A DNA stretch of 24,000 bases from the NCBI RefSeq assembly GCF_029910655.1, contig NZ_CP123897.1, positions 2,011,547-2,035,546 on the forward strand, in the 5' to 3' direction. The stretch comes from Methylomonas sp. UP202 (lineage in GTDB: Bacteria; Pseudomonadota; Gammaproteobacteria; Methylococcales; Methylomonadaceae). Below are positions 1 to 10,354 of the stretch, one piece after another. Each line of letters starts with the position of its first letter. Within the stretch, counting starts at the first letter, position 1. The notes under the pieces are model-generated. The model saw only the letters and a program-made list of their open reading frames with translations. It had not been told where the DNA came from and made no database searches. Position numbers and translations under genes: made by a program.

Positions 1-498
1 ATGCCGGCGCTTTTATACTGAAGGTAAAATTGGACAATTTCGGATGGATGGTTTTTCTGACGAACCTCTGTTGCCGGGGAGTCGCTATTTTTGCGAAAGA
101 TTTTTCGGGCATCCTGGGTCGAAAAATCAGGTAAAAATGACGCGACCGCTTAGGCCTGCGACGGTCTAGATTCGTTCGCGTCGCGTCGTTTCGACCCGAC
201 AAGGGGTCGAAACATAGGTTCTCGCATGACTTGACGGCGTTTCGCGAGGCGGCCTTGCAGGTTTTCTCCGCTTCATTGCGAAAACCCGCCTGATGCTATG
301 CCTATTGAGAACTAAAAATCTTCACTTCGCCTTCGCTCCGTTTCCAATATTTTCAGCGAATGATTTGCTGCTGCCAGCGGTAATCCCAAAATGTGCGACA
401 GCCTGTAGTTACGTTGCCATTTTCGGCCTGTCCCCAGGATACCAGTCGCCAATAATGCCAGGGTGTAGTGGTCTTCGGGCGCCTAAGTCGGAGGCCAA

Positions 499-521
499 GT
501 TCCGGCTATCCCTGCCGGAAC
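499..521 (-). terminator. stem-loop just downstream of the trxB stop, possible terminator
   Basis: GTTCCGGC (499-506) and GCCGGAAC (514-521) form a perfect 8-bp stem with a 7-nt loop, about 37 nt after the trxB stop on the minus strand. The trailing T-run is weak. Confidence 0.4.
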
Positions 522-557
522 GGTGTGCTTTTCAAAGCGGGGCGATCGGAAGTGGCT

Positions 558-1553
<996 letters not shown>

Positions 1554-1813
1554 TTATAAGGGTTATTGGCAGGTGGCGAAACCGCGGTTTTGCTGGGTTT
1601 GTAGCGGGCGGAACCGACGCGGGGTCAGCGGCGGCTATCGGCCGTTAGGTTTTCGCGAAACTCGGCGTATACTGAAATCGCTCGGAGAGACTTCCGCGTG
1701 GTTAGTCCGTTTCGGGGCCGGTTGCTTGGGGCGGTTGCCGGCAATCTAATGTGGTCTCGACGTTTATCATCTATAATCCTGTTTTGGGACGCTTTTATTG
1801 AGAGCTTTTAGTC

Positions 1814-4126
1814 ATGGTTGCCGTTGTTGAAGAAAAAGCCGCGCGAGGTTATCGCGAAATCGCCTTGCTGGGCTGCACCAGTTGCGCGTTGTTTTTCCTG
1901 ATTGCACTATTGACGTTTAGTTCCAACGATCCCGGCTGGAGCCATAGCACGTCTTATCAACATATCGCCAATGCCTGCGGCCTGTTCGGCGCGTGGTTGG
2001 CCGATTTCGTGTTGAGTTTTCTCGGCTTGATGGCCTACCTGATTCCGGTGATGATTTTTTGGTACGGCTTCATCCTGTTTCATGGCGGCAAACAGCAGCC
2101 GGGCGGCCAGTGGCTGATTGCGATGCGCTGGAGCGGGTTTCTGGCGACGATGCTGTCCGGTTCCGCGATTTTATTCTTGCATCTGCATTTCCTGCGCACC
2201 AAGGTCGATCTGCCGGAAAGTCCCGGCGGTATTCTGGGCAGGGAAATCGGCGACGCGCTGGTGCATCTGCTAGGGAATTCCGGTTCGACCTTGTTGTTGC
2301 TGGCGATCTTCATGACCGGCGTGACCCTGTTCACCGGCTTGTCCTGGCTGATGATGATGACCTTTATCGGCAAGGGCGCGATGACCGCTTGTTCGGTGGT
2401 GGGCCGTCAGGCGGTGGCCGCGCCCGGCCGTTATCGCGGCGAACGGCCGGCGACCGAGCGTCCGGATCGTCCGGAAATTCAGCGCAAAGCCAAACCCGCC
2501 GACGTCGGCAAAGCCGAAGAACGTACCGCCCGCAAACCGCAGATTCAGGTGGTCGAAACTCCGCCTACCGCGCCAGCGGCCGTCAAGCCGGCCCGCCGCA
2601 AGGACGCCAAGCCGCTGGAGAATTACGACCCCGGCGAGTTTTTAAATGCCTTGCCGCCGCTATCCTTGCTGGAAAAACGCGACATCAAGGTTAAGCGCTA
2701 TTCCAAAGTCGAGTTGGAAGAAATTTCCCGGCAGGTCGAAGATGTATTGCAGGATTACGGCATCGCCGCCGAGGTCGAGGCCGTGTTGCCCGGCCCGGTG
2801 ATTACCCGTTTCGAACTGCGTTTGGCGGCCGGCGTTAAGGTCAGCCGGATCAGCAGTCTGGCCAAGGATTTGGCGCGTGGCCTGTCGGTGACCAGCGTGC
2901 GTATCGTCGAAGTGATCGAGGGCAAGTCGGTGATCGGCTTGGAGATTCCGAATCAGGAACGCGAGATGGTGTCCTTGCGCGATTTGCTGGTGTCCGACGA
3001 ATTCGATCGAGCCAAATCCAAATTGACGCTGGCGATGGGTAAGGACATTTCCGGCACACCGGTGGTCGCCGATTTGGGCAAAATGCCGCATGCGCTGGTG
3101 GCCGGTACCACCGGTTCCGGTAAGTCGGTGGCGATCAATACGATGATTTTGAGCTTGGTCTACAAAGCCAAGCCGGAAGATGTGCGCTTGATTATGATCG
3201 ACCCGAAAATGCTGGAATTGTCGGTTTACGAAGGCATTCCGCATTTGTTGACGCCGGTCGTCACCGATATGAAGGACGCGCAAAACGCCTTGCGTTGGGC
3301 CGTGGCCGAGATGGAGCGCCGTTACAAATTGATGTCCAAGGTCGGCGTGCGCAATCTGGCCGGCTACAACCACGCGGTTCGGGAAGCCGATGCCGCCGGC
3401 CAACCATTGCGCGATCCGCTGTTTTACCCGCAAACGCCGATTCCGGCCGACGATTATCCGTTGTTGACCACCTTGCCCAGCATCGTCATCGTCATCGACG
3501 AGCTGGCCGATATGATGATGGTGGTCGGTAAAAAGGTCGAGGAATTGATCGCCCGGTTGGCGCAAAAAGCTCGGGCCGCCGGTATTCATTTGATTCTGGC
3601 GACTCAAAGGCCGTCGGTGGACGTGTTGACCGGCTTGATCAAGGCCAACGTGCCGACCCGGATCTCGTTCCAGGTGTCGTCGCGGATCGATTCGCGGACC
3701 ATCATCGACCAAGGCGGCGCCGAAGCCTTGCTGGGTAACGGCGACATGCTGTTCCTGCCGTCGGGTACCAGCATTCCGCTGCGGGCGCACGGCGCCTTCG
3801 TCGACGACCACGAAGTCCATGCCGTCGTCGAGTTTTTGAAGAAAACCGGGCCGACCAATTATCTGGACGAAATCACCCAGGAACGCACCGACAGCGGCGA
3901 AATCGCCGGCGTGGACGGCGAGGGCGGCGAAACCGATCCGCTGTACGATGAAGCGGTGGCTTTTGTTACCGATTCGCGCAAGGCGTCGATTTCCAGCGTG
4001 CAACGCCGCTTCAAAATCGGTTACAACCGGGCGGCGCGGATTATTGAGGAGATGGAAAACGCCGGCGTGGTGACGCCGCCGGAAACCAACGGTAGCCGCG
4101 AAGTGCTGGCGCCGCCGCCGCGATGA
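1814..4126 (+). CDS. ftsK: DNA translocase FtsK
   Basis: 770 aa. It has an N-terminal multi-TM domain and a Pro/Ala/Lys-rich linker. The motor domain shows Walker A GTTGSGKS and Walker [11 protein letters not shown]. The C-terminal gamma winged helix reads [24 protein letters not shown]. Confidence 0.95.
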   Translation: MVAVVEEKAARGYREIALLGCTSCALFFLIALLTFSSNDPGWSHSTSYQHIANACGLFGAWLADFVLSFLGLMAYLIPVMIFWYGFILFHGGKQQPGGQWLIAMRWSGFLATMLSGSAILFLHLHFLRTKVDLPESPGGILGREIGDALVHLLGNSGSTLLLLAIFMTGVTLFTGLSWLMMMTFIGKGAMTACSVVGRQAVAAPGRYRGERPATERPDRPEIQRKAKPADVGKAEERTARKPQIQVVETPPTAPAAVKPARRKDAKPLENYDPGEFLNALPPLSLLEKRDIKVKRYSKVELEEISRQVEDVLQDYGIAAEVEAVLPGPVITRFELRLAAGVKVSRISSLAKDLARGLSVTSVRIVEVIEGKSVIGLEIPNQEREMVSLRDLLVSDEFDRAKSKLTLAMGKDISGTPVVADLGKMPHALVAGTTGSGKSVAINTMILSLVYKAKPEDVRLIMIDPKMLELSVYEGIPHLLTPVVTDMKDAQNALRWAVAEMERRYKLMSKVGVRNLAGYNHAVREADAAGQPLRDPLFYPQTPIPADDYPLLTTLPSIVIVIDELADMMMVVGKKVEELIARLAQKARAAGIHLILATQRPSVDVLTGLIKANVPTRISFQVSSRIDSRTIIDQGGAEALLGNGDMLFLPSGTSIPLRAHGAFVDDHEVHAVVEFLKKTGPTNYLDEITQERTDSGEIAGVDGEGGETDPLYDEAVAFVTDSRKASISSVQRRFKIGYNRAARIIEEMENAGVVTPPETNGSREVLAPPPR

Positions 4127-4311
4127 GTCCCGCCATCGCCGGCTTTCTGGGCGTGGCCGGCTTTGCCGGTTTGGCGGGCTGGTTGATTGTCCGGCGCAAA
4201 CCGGTCGAAACCGCCGTTAAAGTCATGATGTTTTTCGGCTATTTCTGGTTGGTGGCGTTTTCGCTGCTGGTGCTGCTGGCCGGTGCTTATTATCTCCGGG
4301 AATATCTGTAG
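4123..4311 (+). CDS. small two-TM membrane protein (hypothetical)
   Basis: 62 aa. The start overlaps the ftsK stop (ATGA), and there are two hydrophobic helices ([18 protein letters not shown] and [21 protein letters not shown]). I recognised no family. Confidence 0.45.
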   Translation: MSPAIAGFLGVAGFAGLAGWLIVRRKPVETAVKVMMFFGYFWLVAFSLLVLLAGAYYLREYL

Positions 4312-4479
4312 TATTTTGCACGACCGGTTTTCAGTTCGTTTTCCGGCCGCCCATTTAAATTCAAGACCGTGGCCGCGGTGTTCGCGGTTTAAATTTACGC
4401 CCGAGTTTGTCTGTCCGTCGAAGGATTCAAGCCGCGTTTTCCAACCAACACTCCACTAAGTTCTCAACCGTAAGTTTCC

Positions 4480-4749
4480 ATGGCATTTTCTTACGAATTC
4501 ATCGGCTATTTGGCCGCGATGCTAACCACGCTGTCGTTTTTACCGCAAGCGATCATGACGATCAAAACCCGCGATACCGGTTCGCTATCGCTGGGCATGT
4601 ACAGTATGTTCACGCTGGGGGTATTAATGTGGTTGATCTATGGTTTGTACTTGCGCAATGTGGCGATTATTGCCGCCAATGCGGTGACCTTGGTCTTGGC
4701 GGCGTCGATATTGTTGGTCAAAGTGCAAAACCTGCTAGGCAAGCGCTAA
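4480..4749 (+). CDS. SemiSWEET / PQ-loop family sugar transporter
   Basis: 89 aa with three TM helices. The PQ-loop motif LSFLPQ is followed by a basic stretch. The protein is colinear with bacterial SemiSWEETs such as the Leptospira protein, as recalled. Confidence 0.8.
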   Translation: MAFSYEFIGYLAAMLTTLSFLPQAIMTIKTRDTGSLSLGMYSMFTLGVLMWLIYGLYLRNVAIIAANAVTLVLAASILLVKVQNLLGKR

Positions 4750-4768
4750 GTATCGGGAGGCTCGAACG

Positions 4769-5575
4769 GTGGCCATCGCGTCCGACGGCATCAGTACCGG
4801 TTCTTTGGCCGCCAACGACAGTGCGGCCTTCATCGAGAAAATTCGTCCGAATGCCGGCGTATCGGAGCCGGTATACAAGCAATTGCAAAAACGCATCGCC
4901 GACATGATTCAGTCCGGCGAATTGGCGGACGGCTTCAGTTTGCCGTCCGAGCGCGCGTTGGCCGAAGCCTTGGCGCTGAGTCGGACCACGGTCAGACGCT
5001 GCTATGAAGAATTGCGGGCGCAGGATCGCATCGCCAGCCACGGCCGTTCCGGCGCCAAAGTCAAGGCGCCGGCGCGTATCAATCCGGAGATGGGGAAGTT
5101 GAAAGGCTTTACCGAGGAAATGCGCGAGCTCGGCATCACGCCATCCACCCAAATCCTGGAGCACCGGGTCGTTGTCGATCGGACTATCGCCTCGCTATTC
5201 AATCGGCCGGCATCGGCGCGGTTTCTACGTTTGGTACGGGTGCGCCTCGGTGACGGCATGCCGCTGTCGCGCGAAGTGGCCTGGTACGATTTAACCGTGG
5301 CGCCGGCGCTGGCCGATTGGGATGGCGAAGGTTCGGCGTATCAGTATTTGGAGTCCGTTTGCGATTTGGGTTTGGTGCATGCCGAGCAAACCATTGAGGC
5401 GGTGCTTTGCGACGACGTCGAAGCAGCGGTGTTCGGGTTCGCCGAGCTGGCACCCTGTTTGCTGTTGAAACGGAAAACCCATGCCGACAACGGTCAGATC
5501 GTTGAATATGTCGAAGGCACTTTTCGCGGCGACGCCTACACCTATCGGGTCAATCTAAAAATTCGGCCGGACTAA
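4769..5575 (+). CDS. GntR family transcriptional regulator, HutC/UTRA subfamily
   Basis: GTG start with GGGAGG 8 nt upstream. The N-terminal wHTH reads LPSERALAEALALSRTTVRRCYEELRAQDRI. The C-terminal roughly 150 aa show an effector-domain pattern typical of UTRA. Confidence 0.9.
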   Translation: MAIASDGISTGSLAANDSAAFIEKIRPNAGVSEPVYKQLQKRIADMIQSGELADGFSLPSERALAEALALSRTTVRRCYEELRAQDRIASHGRSGAKVKAPARINPEMGKLKGFTEEMRELGITPSTQILEHRVVVDRTIASLFNRPASARFLRLVRVRLGDGMPLSREVAWYDLTVAPALADWDGEGSAYQYLESVCDLGLVHAEQTIEAVLCDDVEAAVFGFAELAPCLLLKRKTHADNGQIVEYVEGTFRGDAYTYRVNLKIRPD

Positions 5576-6516
5576 TTAGTTATTGGTATCGGATTGGTCG
5601 CGATAAAGCGCTCGATCTGAGCGCCGGTCGGCAAACTCTTCAAGACGCCTGGGCGGGCCGCGACCCAAGCGCCGCACGCGCTAGCCTTTAACAGCGCGTC
5701 CTCCGCCCGATGCGTTTCCAGCCAACCGATCGCCAACCCGGCATTGAAGGCGTCGCCGGCTCCGGTGGTATCCACTGCAACGATAGGCCAGGCCGCTTGC
5801 CGGTAGATGCGGCCGTCACTCAAAGCCACGCAACCCTGGTCGCCCAAGGTCACGATCAGCAACTTGCCGGACCAGCCGATTCGTTTTGCCCTGGTCGCCA
5901 ATTCAAGTAGGCATTGCGCCGGCTCTATCCCGTCATTGTTGAGATTAAACAAATGGGCGGCTTCGGTTTGGTTCAGCACCAGAATGTCGGTCAACGCCAA
6001 TATTTCAGGATCCAGCGCTCGCCACGGCGACGGATTCAACATCGTTGCCATGCCGCGTTGGCGGGCGATTTCGAATCCCGCGCGGATCGGCGCGTCCTGA
6101 ATTTCGAATTGGGCATACATCAACGCCAAACCGGGCAGGGCGACGATGGCTTGCCGGACATGGCCGGCGTCCAACAGCGCGTTGGCGCCGGGATAGACCG
6201 CTAGAAAATTCTCGCCGCTCGGGCCGATAAAGCCCACGCCAAATCCGGATTGGTCGCCAATCCGCAATAGCCAGTCCACATTCATGCCTTCGGTCATCAA
6301 GCATCGCGACGCGCTGTCCGCCGCTGCGTCGCGCCCTAGCGGCAGTAGCAGACTTACTTCGGCGCCGAGTCTATGTAAGCCGACGCCGACGTTCAAACCC
6401 TTGCCGCCGTGTTCGGAAAGCAAGCTCTCGGCCGCCAGGGATTCGCCGGGCGCCGGCAAATGTTCGACGTTCAGGCAATGGGCATGGACGTAACTGCCTA
6501 ACACCAGGATGGACAC
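5572..6516 (-). CDS. PfkB-family carbohydrate kinase (ribokinase-like)
   Basis: The ORF track gives 5572..6708. I trimmed it to the GTG at 6516 because GGGGAG lies 5 nt upstream. That gives the N-terminus VSILVLGSYVHAHC, matching the ribokinase LVLGS start. Other family marks are GGKGLNV, the NxxE-type region LNQTEA, and the DTTGAGDAF anion-hole motif. The 64 upstream codons look non-protein-like. Confidence 0.85.
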   Translation of the reverse strand: MSILVLGSYVHAHCLNVEHLPAPGESLAAESLLSEHGGKGLNVGVGLHRLGAEVSLLLPLGRDAAADSASRCLMTEGMNVDWLLRIGDQSGFGVGFIGPSGENFLAVYPGANALLDAGHVRQAIVALPGLALMYAQFEIQDAPIRAGFEIARQRGMATMLNPSPWRALDPEILALTDILVLNQTEAAHLFNLNNDGIEPAQCLLELATRAKRIGWSGKLLIVTLGDQGCVALSDGRIYRQAAWPIVAVDTTGAGDAFNAGLAIGWLETHRAEDALLKASACGAWVAARPGVLKSLPTGAQIERFIATNPIPITN

Positions 6517-6599
6517 GCTTACTCCCCAGCAGCAAAAGAATCCATGAAATATTACCGGATCGAAATCAATAATCCACGATTGACACCGAAATTTGTAAC

Positions 6600-6631
6600 T
6601 GGTATTTCTATGGTATCTAAAATAGATACCA
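6600..6631. promoter_or_regulatory. GntR/HutC-type operator candidate in a divergent promoter region
   Basis: Perfect palindrome TGGTATCTA-AAA-TAGATACCA at 6611-6631, with a third half-site TGGTATTTCTA directly abutting at 6600-6610. It has the GT..AC core typical of GntR-family operators. It lies about 95-115 nt upstream of the PfkB start and about 107-127 nt upstream of the 6738 gene. Confidence 0.55.
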
Positions 6632-6737
6632 AATTGAGTGATAAAGTCGCGACGATATGCCAAATTCGTAGCGCTTGATCGCGGTAGTGGCTTTTCGCTT
6701 CCATTCAACCGTTAACGGTTATACCAAGGGCAATACG

Positions 6738-7526
6738 ATGAGACTCAAACAGACCGTACTCGCAATTTCCATCCTGAGTTTGATGGCCTTCAATCACGGT
6801 GCCGCGGCCGGCAGCGCCAGCTCGACCGCGGAGGTCAGCGTGGACTGGCGTAGTTTTCGCGTGACGTCCGGTACCGACGTCAACGCCGGAATCGCTTGGT
6901 ACGACAGGTCGTCGCGCGTCGATACGCGCATGGAGACCCCTTACGGTGATGGCACCTATTCATCCGATTGGGTGACGCCGTTAACCAGCCTGCAAACAGG
7001 GAGCGGGATTCGTTCCCTGATCTCGAAAGCCGATGTCGATCCGGACTTGCTGCATGCCTATTCCCAGGACAGCGATCCGGCCTATGGCGACGCGGTGGCG
7101 ACCGAGAGCTATCGCACCGGCAGTTTCACCGGGTCCGGAACGGGCACGACCACGTTCTCGGTCGATTACAGCATGAGTATCGGCTTGGTGCCGGGCAGCG
7201 GGATGAATGACGTCGCGGCGGCTTGGGTGTTGCTGGTGGTCAACGATTTCGGCGACCCTAACCAGGCTATGTCCAGCCGTAAGGATCTATTCCTGAACGC
7301 CAATCTGGTCGGACAAGTGCCGACCCAAGCGTCGGGGACCTTATCGGTCACCCTACCGACCACGAGTATCGGCCGCATCTCCTTTAAGGTGACTAGCCAC
7401 GCCTATGCGAACGTCTCGGGCGTTTCTCAAGTGCCGCTACCGGCCTCGGCCTGGCTGTTCGGATCGGCACTATTGGCGCCGGGCTGGCTTCGTCTCCGGC
7501 AGCGTTCAACATCCGTGCGGATTTGA
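6738..7526 (+). CDS. secreted protein with VPLPA-type (PEP-CTERM-related) C-terminal sorting signal
   Basis: Start moved to the ATG at 6738 (AAGGG 7 nt upstream). Signal peptide MRLKQTVLAISILSLMAFNHGAAAG. The body is rich in S/T/G/D. The C-terminus is VPLPASAWLFGSALLAPGWLRLRQR, that is, motif, TM helix, then basic tail. Confidence 0.7.
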   Translation: MRLKQTVLAISILSLMAFNHGAAAGSASSTAEVSVDWRSFRVTSGTDVNAGIAWYDRSSRVDTRMETPYGDGTYSSDWVTPLTSLQTGSGIRSLISKADVDPDLLHAYSQDSDPAYGDAVATESYRTGSFTGSGTGTTTFSVDYSMSIGLVPGSGMNDVAAAWVLLVVNDFGDPNQAMSSRKDLFLNANLVGQVPTQASGTLSVTLPTTSIGRISFKVTSHAYANVSGVSQVPLPASAWLFGSALLAPGWLRLRQRSTSVRI

Positions 7527-7605
7527 TGCTCCCGAAATCGTTGCTCGCATAAGCCCTGTCGGCCATCCCATCTCCAATTTCTAACCATCAATATCGAGAT
7601 TTTTT

Positions 7606-8448
7606 ATGAATCGCTTAGTTCTCTTGTTGCCGTTGTGCGCCCCATTGCTTTACGCGCCGGCCGCCAATGCCTACAACACCTCGTTAACCGTGACTGCTAG
7701 CGCCAATGCCGCCTATGGCAGCCCGTCCTACGATTCCGACTTCAAGGCGATAGACAACGTTAACGGCCCTTCCGCGTACGCGGTCGATGCGCTGTATCAA
7801 GTACCCGATCCGAGGAGCGGTCCGGGCTCGAACCTTGAAACTTATCGCTCGTCCGCCAGCGGCTTCGTCAGCGCCGGTATCTTGAAAGCCACCGCCAGCG
7901 CCAGCGCGACCGCGTATGCCGCCAATGTCGCCAGCGGTAGCAGCAAGGTATCGTTTTCCGATCACTTTAGCGTGGCGGGACCGAGCGGCCGCAATATCGA
8001 TTTGACCTTGACGTATCTGGTATCCGGGGGATTGTCCGGTTCGGCGACCGCTCGCGGCAGCGTCCAACTCGGTACCGGCGATAGCATCTCGTTCTCCGAG
8101 AATGGATACACGCCGCGCAGTTTCAACTGCTCTTGGACGCCGTCTTGCACCGGCGTCGCGACGTTTTCGGTGCCGGTGAATACCTTGATTTCGCTGGATG
8201 CCTTCCTGGAAGTGGGCGCGAGCGCCAGCAGCTACTTCAAACCCACGGCGACCCAATCGTCCGCCAATTTCGGGAGCACCGGATTGGTGTATTTGGGGAT
8301 TGCCGACAATCGTTATCAGTTGCTGACCGACAGCGGATACGGTTATGCGCCGGTGCCGCTACCGGCCGCGGTTTGGCTGTTTGCCGGCGGATTGGCGCTA
8401 TTCGGAACCTTGGTCAGCGACAAACGACGAGTCACCCAGGCACTTTAG
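7606..8448 (+). CDS. secreted protein with VPLPA-type (PEP-CTERM-related) C-terminal sorting signal
   Basis: Signal peptide MNRLVLLLPLCAPLLYAPAANA. The body is rich in S/A/T/G. The C-terminus is VPLPAAVWLFAGGLALFGTLVSDKRR. Confidence 0.75.
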   Translation: MNRLVLLLPLCAPLLYAPAANAYNTSLTVTASANAAYGSPSYDSDFKAIDNVNGPSAYAVDALYQVPDPRSGPGSNLETYRSSASGFVSAGILKATASASATAYAANVASGSSKVSFSDHFSVAGPSGRNIDLTLTYLVSGGLSGSATARGSVQLGTGDSISFSENGYTPRSFNCSWTPSCTGVATFSVPVNTLISLDAFLEVGASASSYFKPTATQSSANFGSTGLVYLGIADNRYQLLTDSGYGYAPVPLPAAVWLFAGGLALFGTLVSDKRRVTQAL

Positions 8449-8625
8449 AGCGCCGGCGGTCGCTGGCTAGATGGGTTTCTCTGTCGGATGTTTGGCGTTG
8501 GTTTTGTTCGGTTTCCATTCGTGAGCAGCTCAAGCGTTATCCGGTAGCTTAGTCCGTCCCGCGCCGTTTAATTGTTACAATGCACGTGAACCCTGGCGTC
8601 GCCGGGAGATCACGAAGCAGAGACC

Positions 8626-9162
8626 ATGAAAACCAGAGATAGAAGACAGGGTGTGGTGTTGGTCCACACCGGCGAGGGCAAGGGCAAATCCTCCAGCGCG
8701 TTCGGGATGGTGTTCCGCTCGGCCGGTTGGGGCATGAAGGTTTGCGTGATTCAATTCATCAAGGGCCAATGGCAGACCGGAGAGCAACGCGCGGCCGAAC
8801 GTTTCGACAATATCGAGTGGCACGCGTTGGGCGACGGCTTCACCTGGGATACCAAAAATCCGGAGCAGGACATCAAGACTAGCCGCGACATTTGGGAATT
8901 CGCCAAGCAAAAAATCCTTTCCGAAGAGTTCGATTTGGTCATTCTCGACGAAATCAATTATTGCTGCGGCTACGGCTGGATCGGCGGCCCGGAAATCGCC
9001 GATTTCATAAAAAACCAAAAGCCGGCTTGGCTGCATTTGGTGTTGACCGGCCGCAACGCGGCCCCGGAAGTGATTGCCGCCGCCGATACCGTCACTGAAA
9101 TGACCCGGATCAAGCATGCTTACGAAACCGGCATCAAAGCCGAGCAGGGCGTCGAATTTTAA
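8626..9162 (+). CDS. cobO: cob(I)yrinic acid a,c-diamide adenosyltransferase
   Basis: 178 aa. RQGVVLVHTGEGKGKSSSAFG is P-loop-like, followed by VIQFIKG and LVILDEINY, which is the CobA/CobO/BtuR pattern. Confidence 0.9.
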   Translation: MKTRDRRQGVVLVHTGEGKGKSSSAFGMVFRSAGWGMKVCVIQFIKGQWQTGEQRAAERFDNIEWHALGDGFTWDTKNPEQDIKTSRDIWEFAKQKILSEEFDLVILDEINYCCGYGWIGGPEIADFIKNQKPAWLHLVLTGRNAAPEVIAAADTVTEMTRIKHAYETGIKAEQGVEF

Positions 9163-9229
9163 GCTGAAAAAAAAGCGGTTTTCTGGCAGAATCGCCGGCT
9201 TTTCAACACCTTTCCCGACGGGTAATGCC

Positions 9230-9640
9230 ATGCAAAAGCAAGCGATCGAATTGATTCAGAACTACTACCAAGCGTTCAACAATGGCGACATGGACCGCTT
9301 TCTGAGCCTGCTGACCGACGATGTCGTGCACGACATCAACCAAGGCGATCGCGAAACCGGTAAGGAAGCCTTCGGTCAGTTCATGCAAAAAATGAATCAC
9401 CACTACAAAGAGCAACTGGTGGACATGGTGGTGATGGCCAATGAAACGGGTACCCGCGGCGCGGCCGAGTTCGTCGTTTTGGGCGAATACCTGAACACCG
9501 ACGAAGGTCTGCCGGAAGCCAACGGCCAGACCTATCGCTTGCCGGCCGGCGCATTTTTCGACATTCGCGACGGTAAGGTCGCCCGTATCACCAACTACTA
9601 TAACCTGGGCAATTGGATAGAACAGGTCGACCCGCAATAA
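9230..9640 (+). CDS. NTF2-fold / SnoaL-like (ketosteroid-isomerase-like) protein
   Basis: Start moved to the ATG at 9230. The N-terminus MQKQAIELIQNYYQAFNNGDMDRFLSLLTDDVVH is a typical SnoaL-like opening. Length is 136 aa. Confidence 0.75.
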   Translation: MQKQAIELIQNYYQAFNNGDMDRFLSLLTDDVVHDINQGDRETGKEAFGQFMQKMNHHYKEQLVDMVVMANETGTRGAAEFVVLGEYLNTDEGLPEANGQTYRLPAGAFFDIRDGKVARITNYYNLGNWIEQVDPQ

Positions 9641-9681
9641 CGGCGGTCGACTTCGATTGCCGCTGCCAGCCATTTAGCATA

Positions 9682-9708
9682 GAATCCGAAGGGCAATACT
9701 TCGGATTC
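9682..9708 (+). other. perfect 10-bp stem-loop between genes
   Basis: GAATCCGAAG-ggcaata-CTTCGGATTC. It has no U-tract, so its role as a terminator is uncertain. Confidence 0.3.
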
Positions 9709-9744
9709 GCCGAAAATAATTACAATAGAGAGAGGAGAGCTACA

Positions 9745-10107
9745 ATGGGTGAGACACAGAAATTGATGATCGCTATGGTAGGCGTATTCGTGGTCGGCTT
9801 CATATTGGTCGGCGTCAGCAAGGATCAATCCAACGAAGAAAAAGAGGCGGCGGCGCAAATCCGCGCCCTGGTGGCGATGCAGGAAATGGCCAACCAAAAA
9901 TGCCCGAAACTGATCGAGAACAAAACCGGCACGCAAGTGTTCTTTCCGTCCAAGACCTCCACGGATAAGGCTACTTACGTGACGATGGAATGGGTCGGCG
10001 AGAAAGACTCTAAATTCAAAACCGCGTCTTGCACCTTGCATTTGTCGTTGGGCGGCGTTTCCAAGCTGATTATCGACGACCAAGTCTTGATCGACAAAAA
10101 GCTCTGA
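9745..10107 (+). CDS. membrane-anchored hypothetical protein
   Basis: Start moved to the ATG at 9745, with AGGAGAG 6-7 nt upstream. There is an N-terminal TM helix LMIAMVGVFVVGFILVGV followed by a soluble domain. I recognised no family. Confidence 0.6.
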   Translation: MGETQKLMIAMVGVFVVGFILVGVSKDQSNEEKEAAAQIRALVAMQEMANQKCPKLIENKTGTQVFFPSKTSTDKATYVTMEWVGEKDSKFKTASCTLHLSLGGVSKLIIDDQVLIDKKL

Positions 10108-10115
10108 TTCGAAAC

Positions 10116-10146
10116 GTTGGCTGTCGAGCGCTGCTCGACGGCCAAC
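10116..10146 (+). terminator. strong hairpin downstream of the 9745..10107 gene
   Basis: GTTGGCTGTCGAGC-gct-GCTCGACGGCCAAC has 14-nt arms with one G-U position and starts 9 nt after the stop codon. No U-tract follows. Confidence 0.45.
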
Positions 10147-10354
10147 ATCACCGTTCCACCTATCGCTCAACGAGTCGCACTGTCCCGCCTTCCGGCTTGG
10201 TATTGCGAGTCGTTAGGCAAGCTAAGGTATTGAAGTCGTTAAAGCCGTTTCAATCGGTTGCGACCGGTAGATTGCCTCTTGGCTCGATCGCCGGAACCTG
10301 GATGCGGATCGGCGGGTCCACTGCCTTCCCAATTACTTGCCATCGAACCTATCC

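Noticed and set aside
5448-5462. Perfect sigma-54 consensus TGGCAC-N5-TTGC inside the 3' end of the GntR gene, pointing antisense into the PfkB gene
   Set aside because: It is intragenic, with no enhancer-binding protein gene or UAS evident. A 10-nt match is expected by chance at roughly the few-percent level in a 24-kb window read on both strands. Revisit it only if a TSS map shows a start about 12 nt downstream.
6517-6708. The 64-codon N-terminal extension of the PfkB ORF in the ORF track (start at 6708)
   Set aside because: The extension (…YFRYHRNTSYKFRCQSWIIDFDPVIFHGFFCCWG) is not protein-like and would swallow the operator and promoter region. A GTG with GGGGAG 5 nt upstream gives the canonical ribokinase N-terminus.
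8449-8625. Cobalamin riboswitch upstream of cobO
   Set aside because: The spacer is short, and I found no B12-box-like GCCACTG core or the usual GGTGAA/GGGAAG elements.
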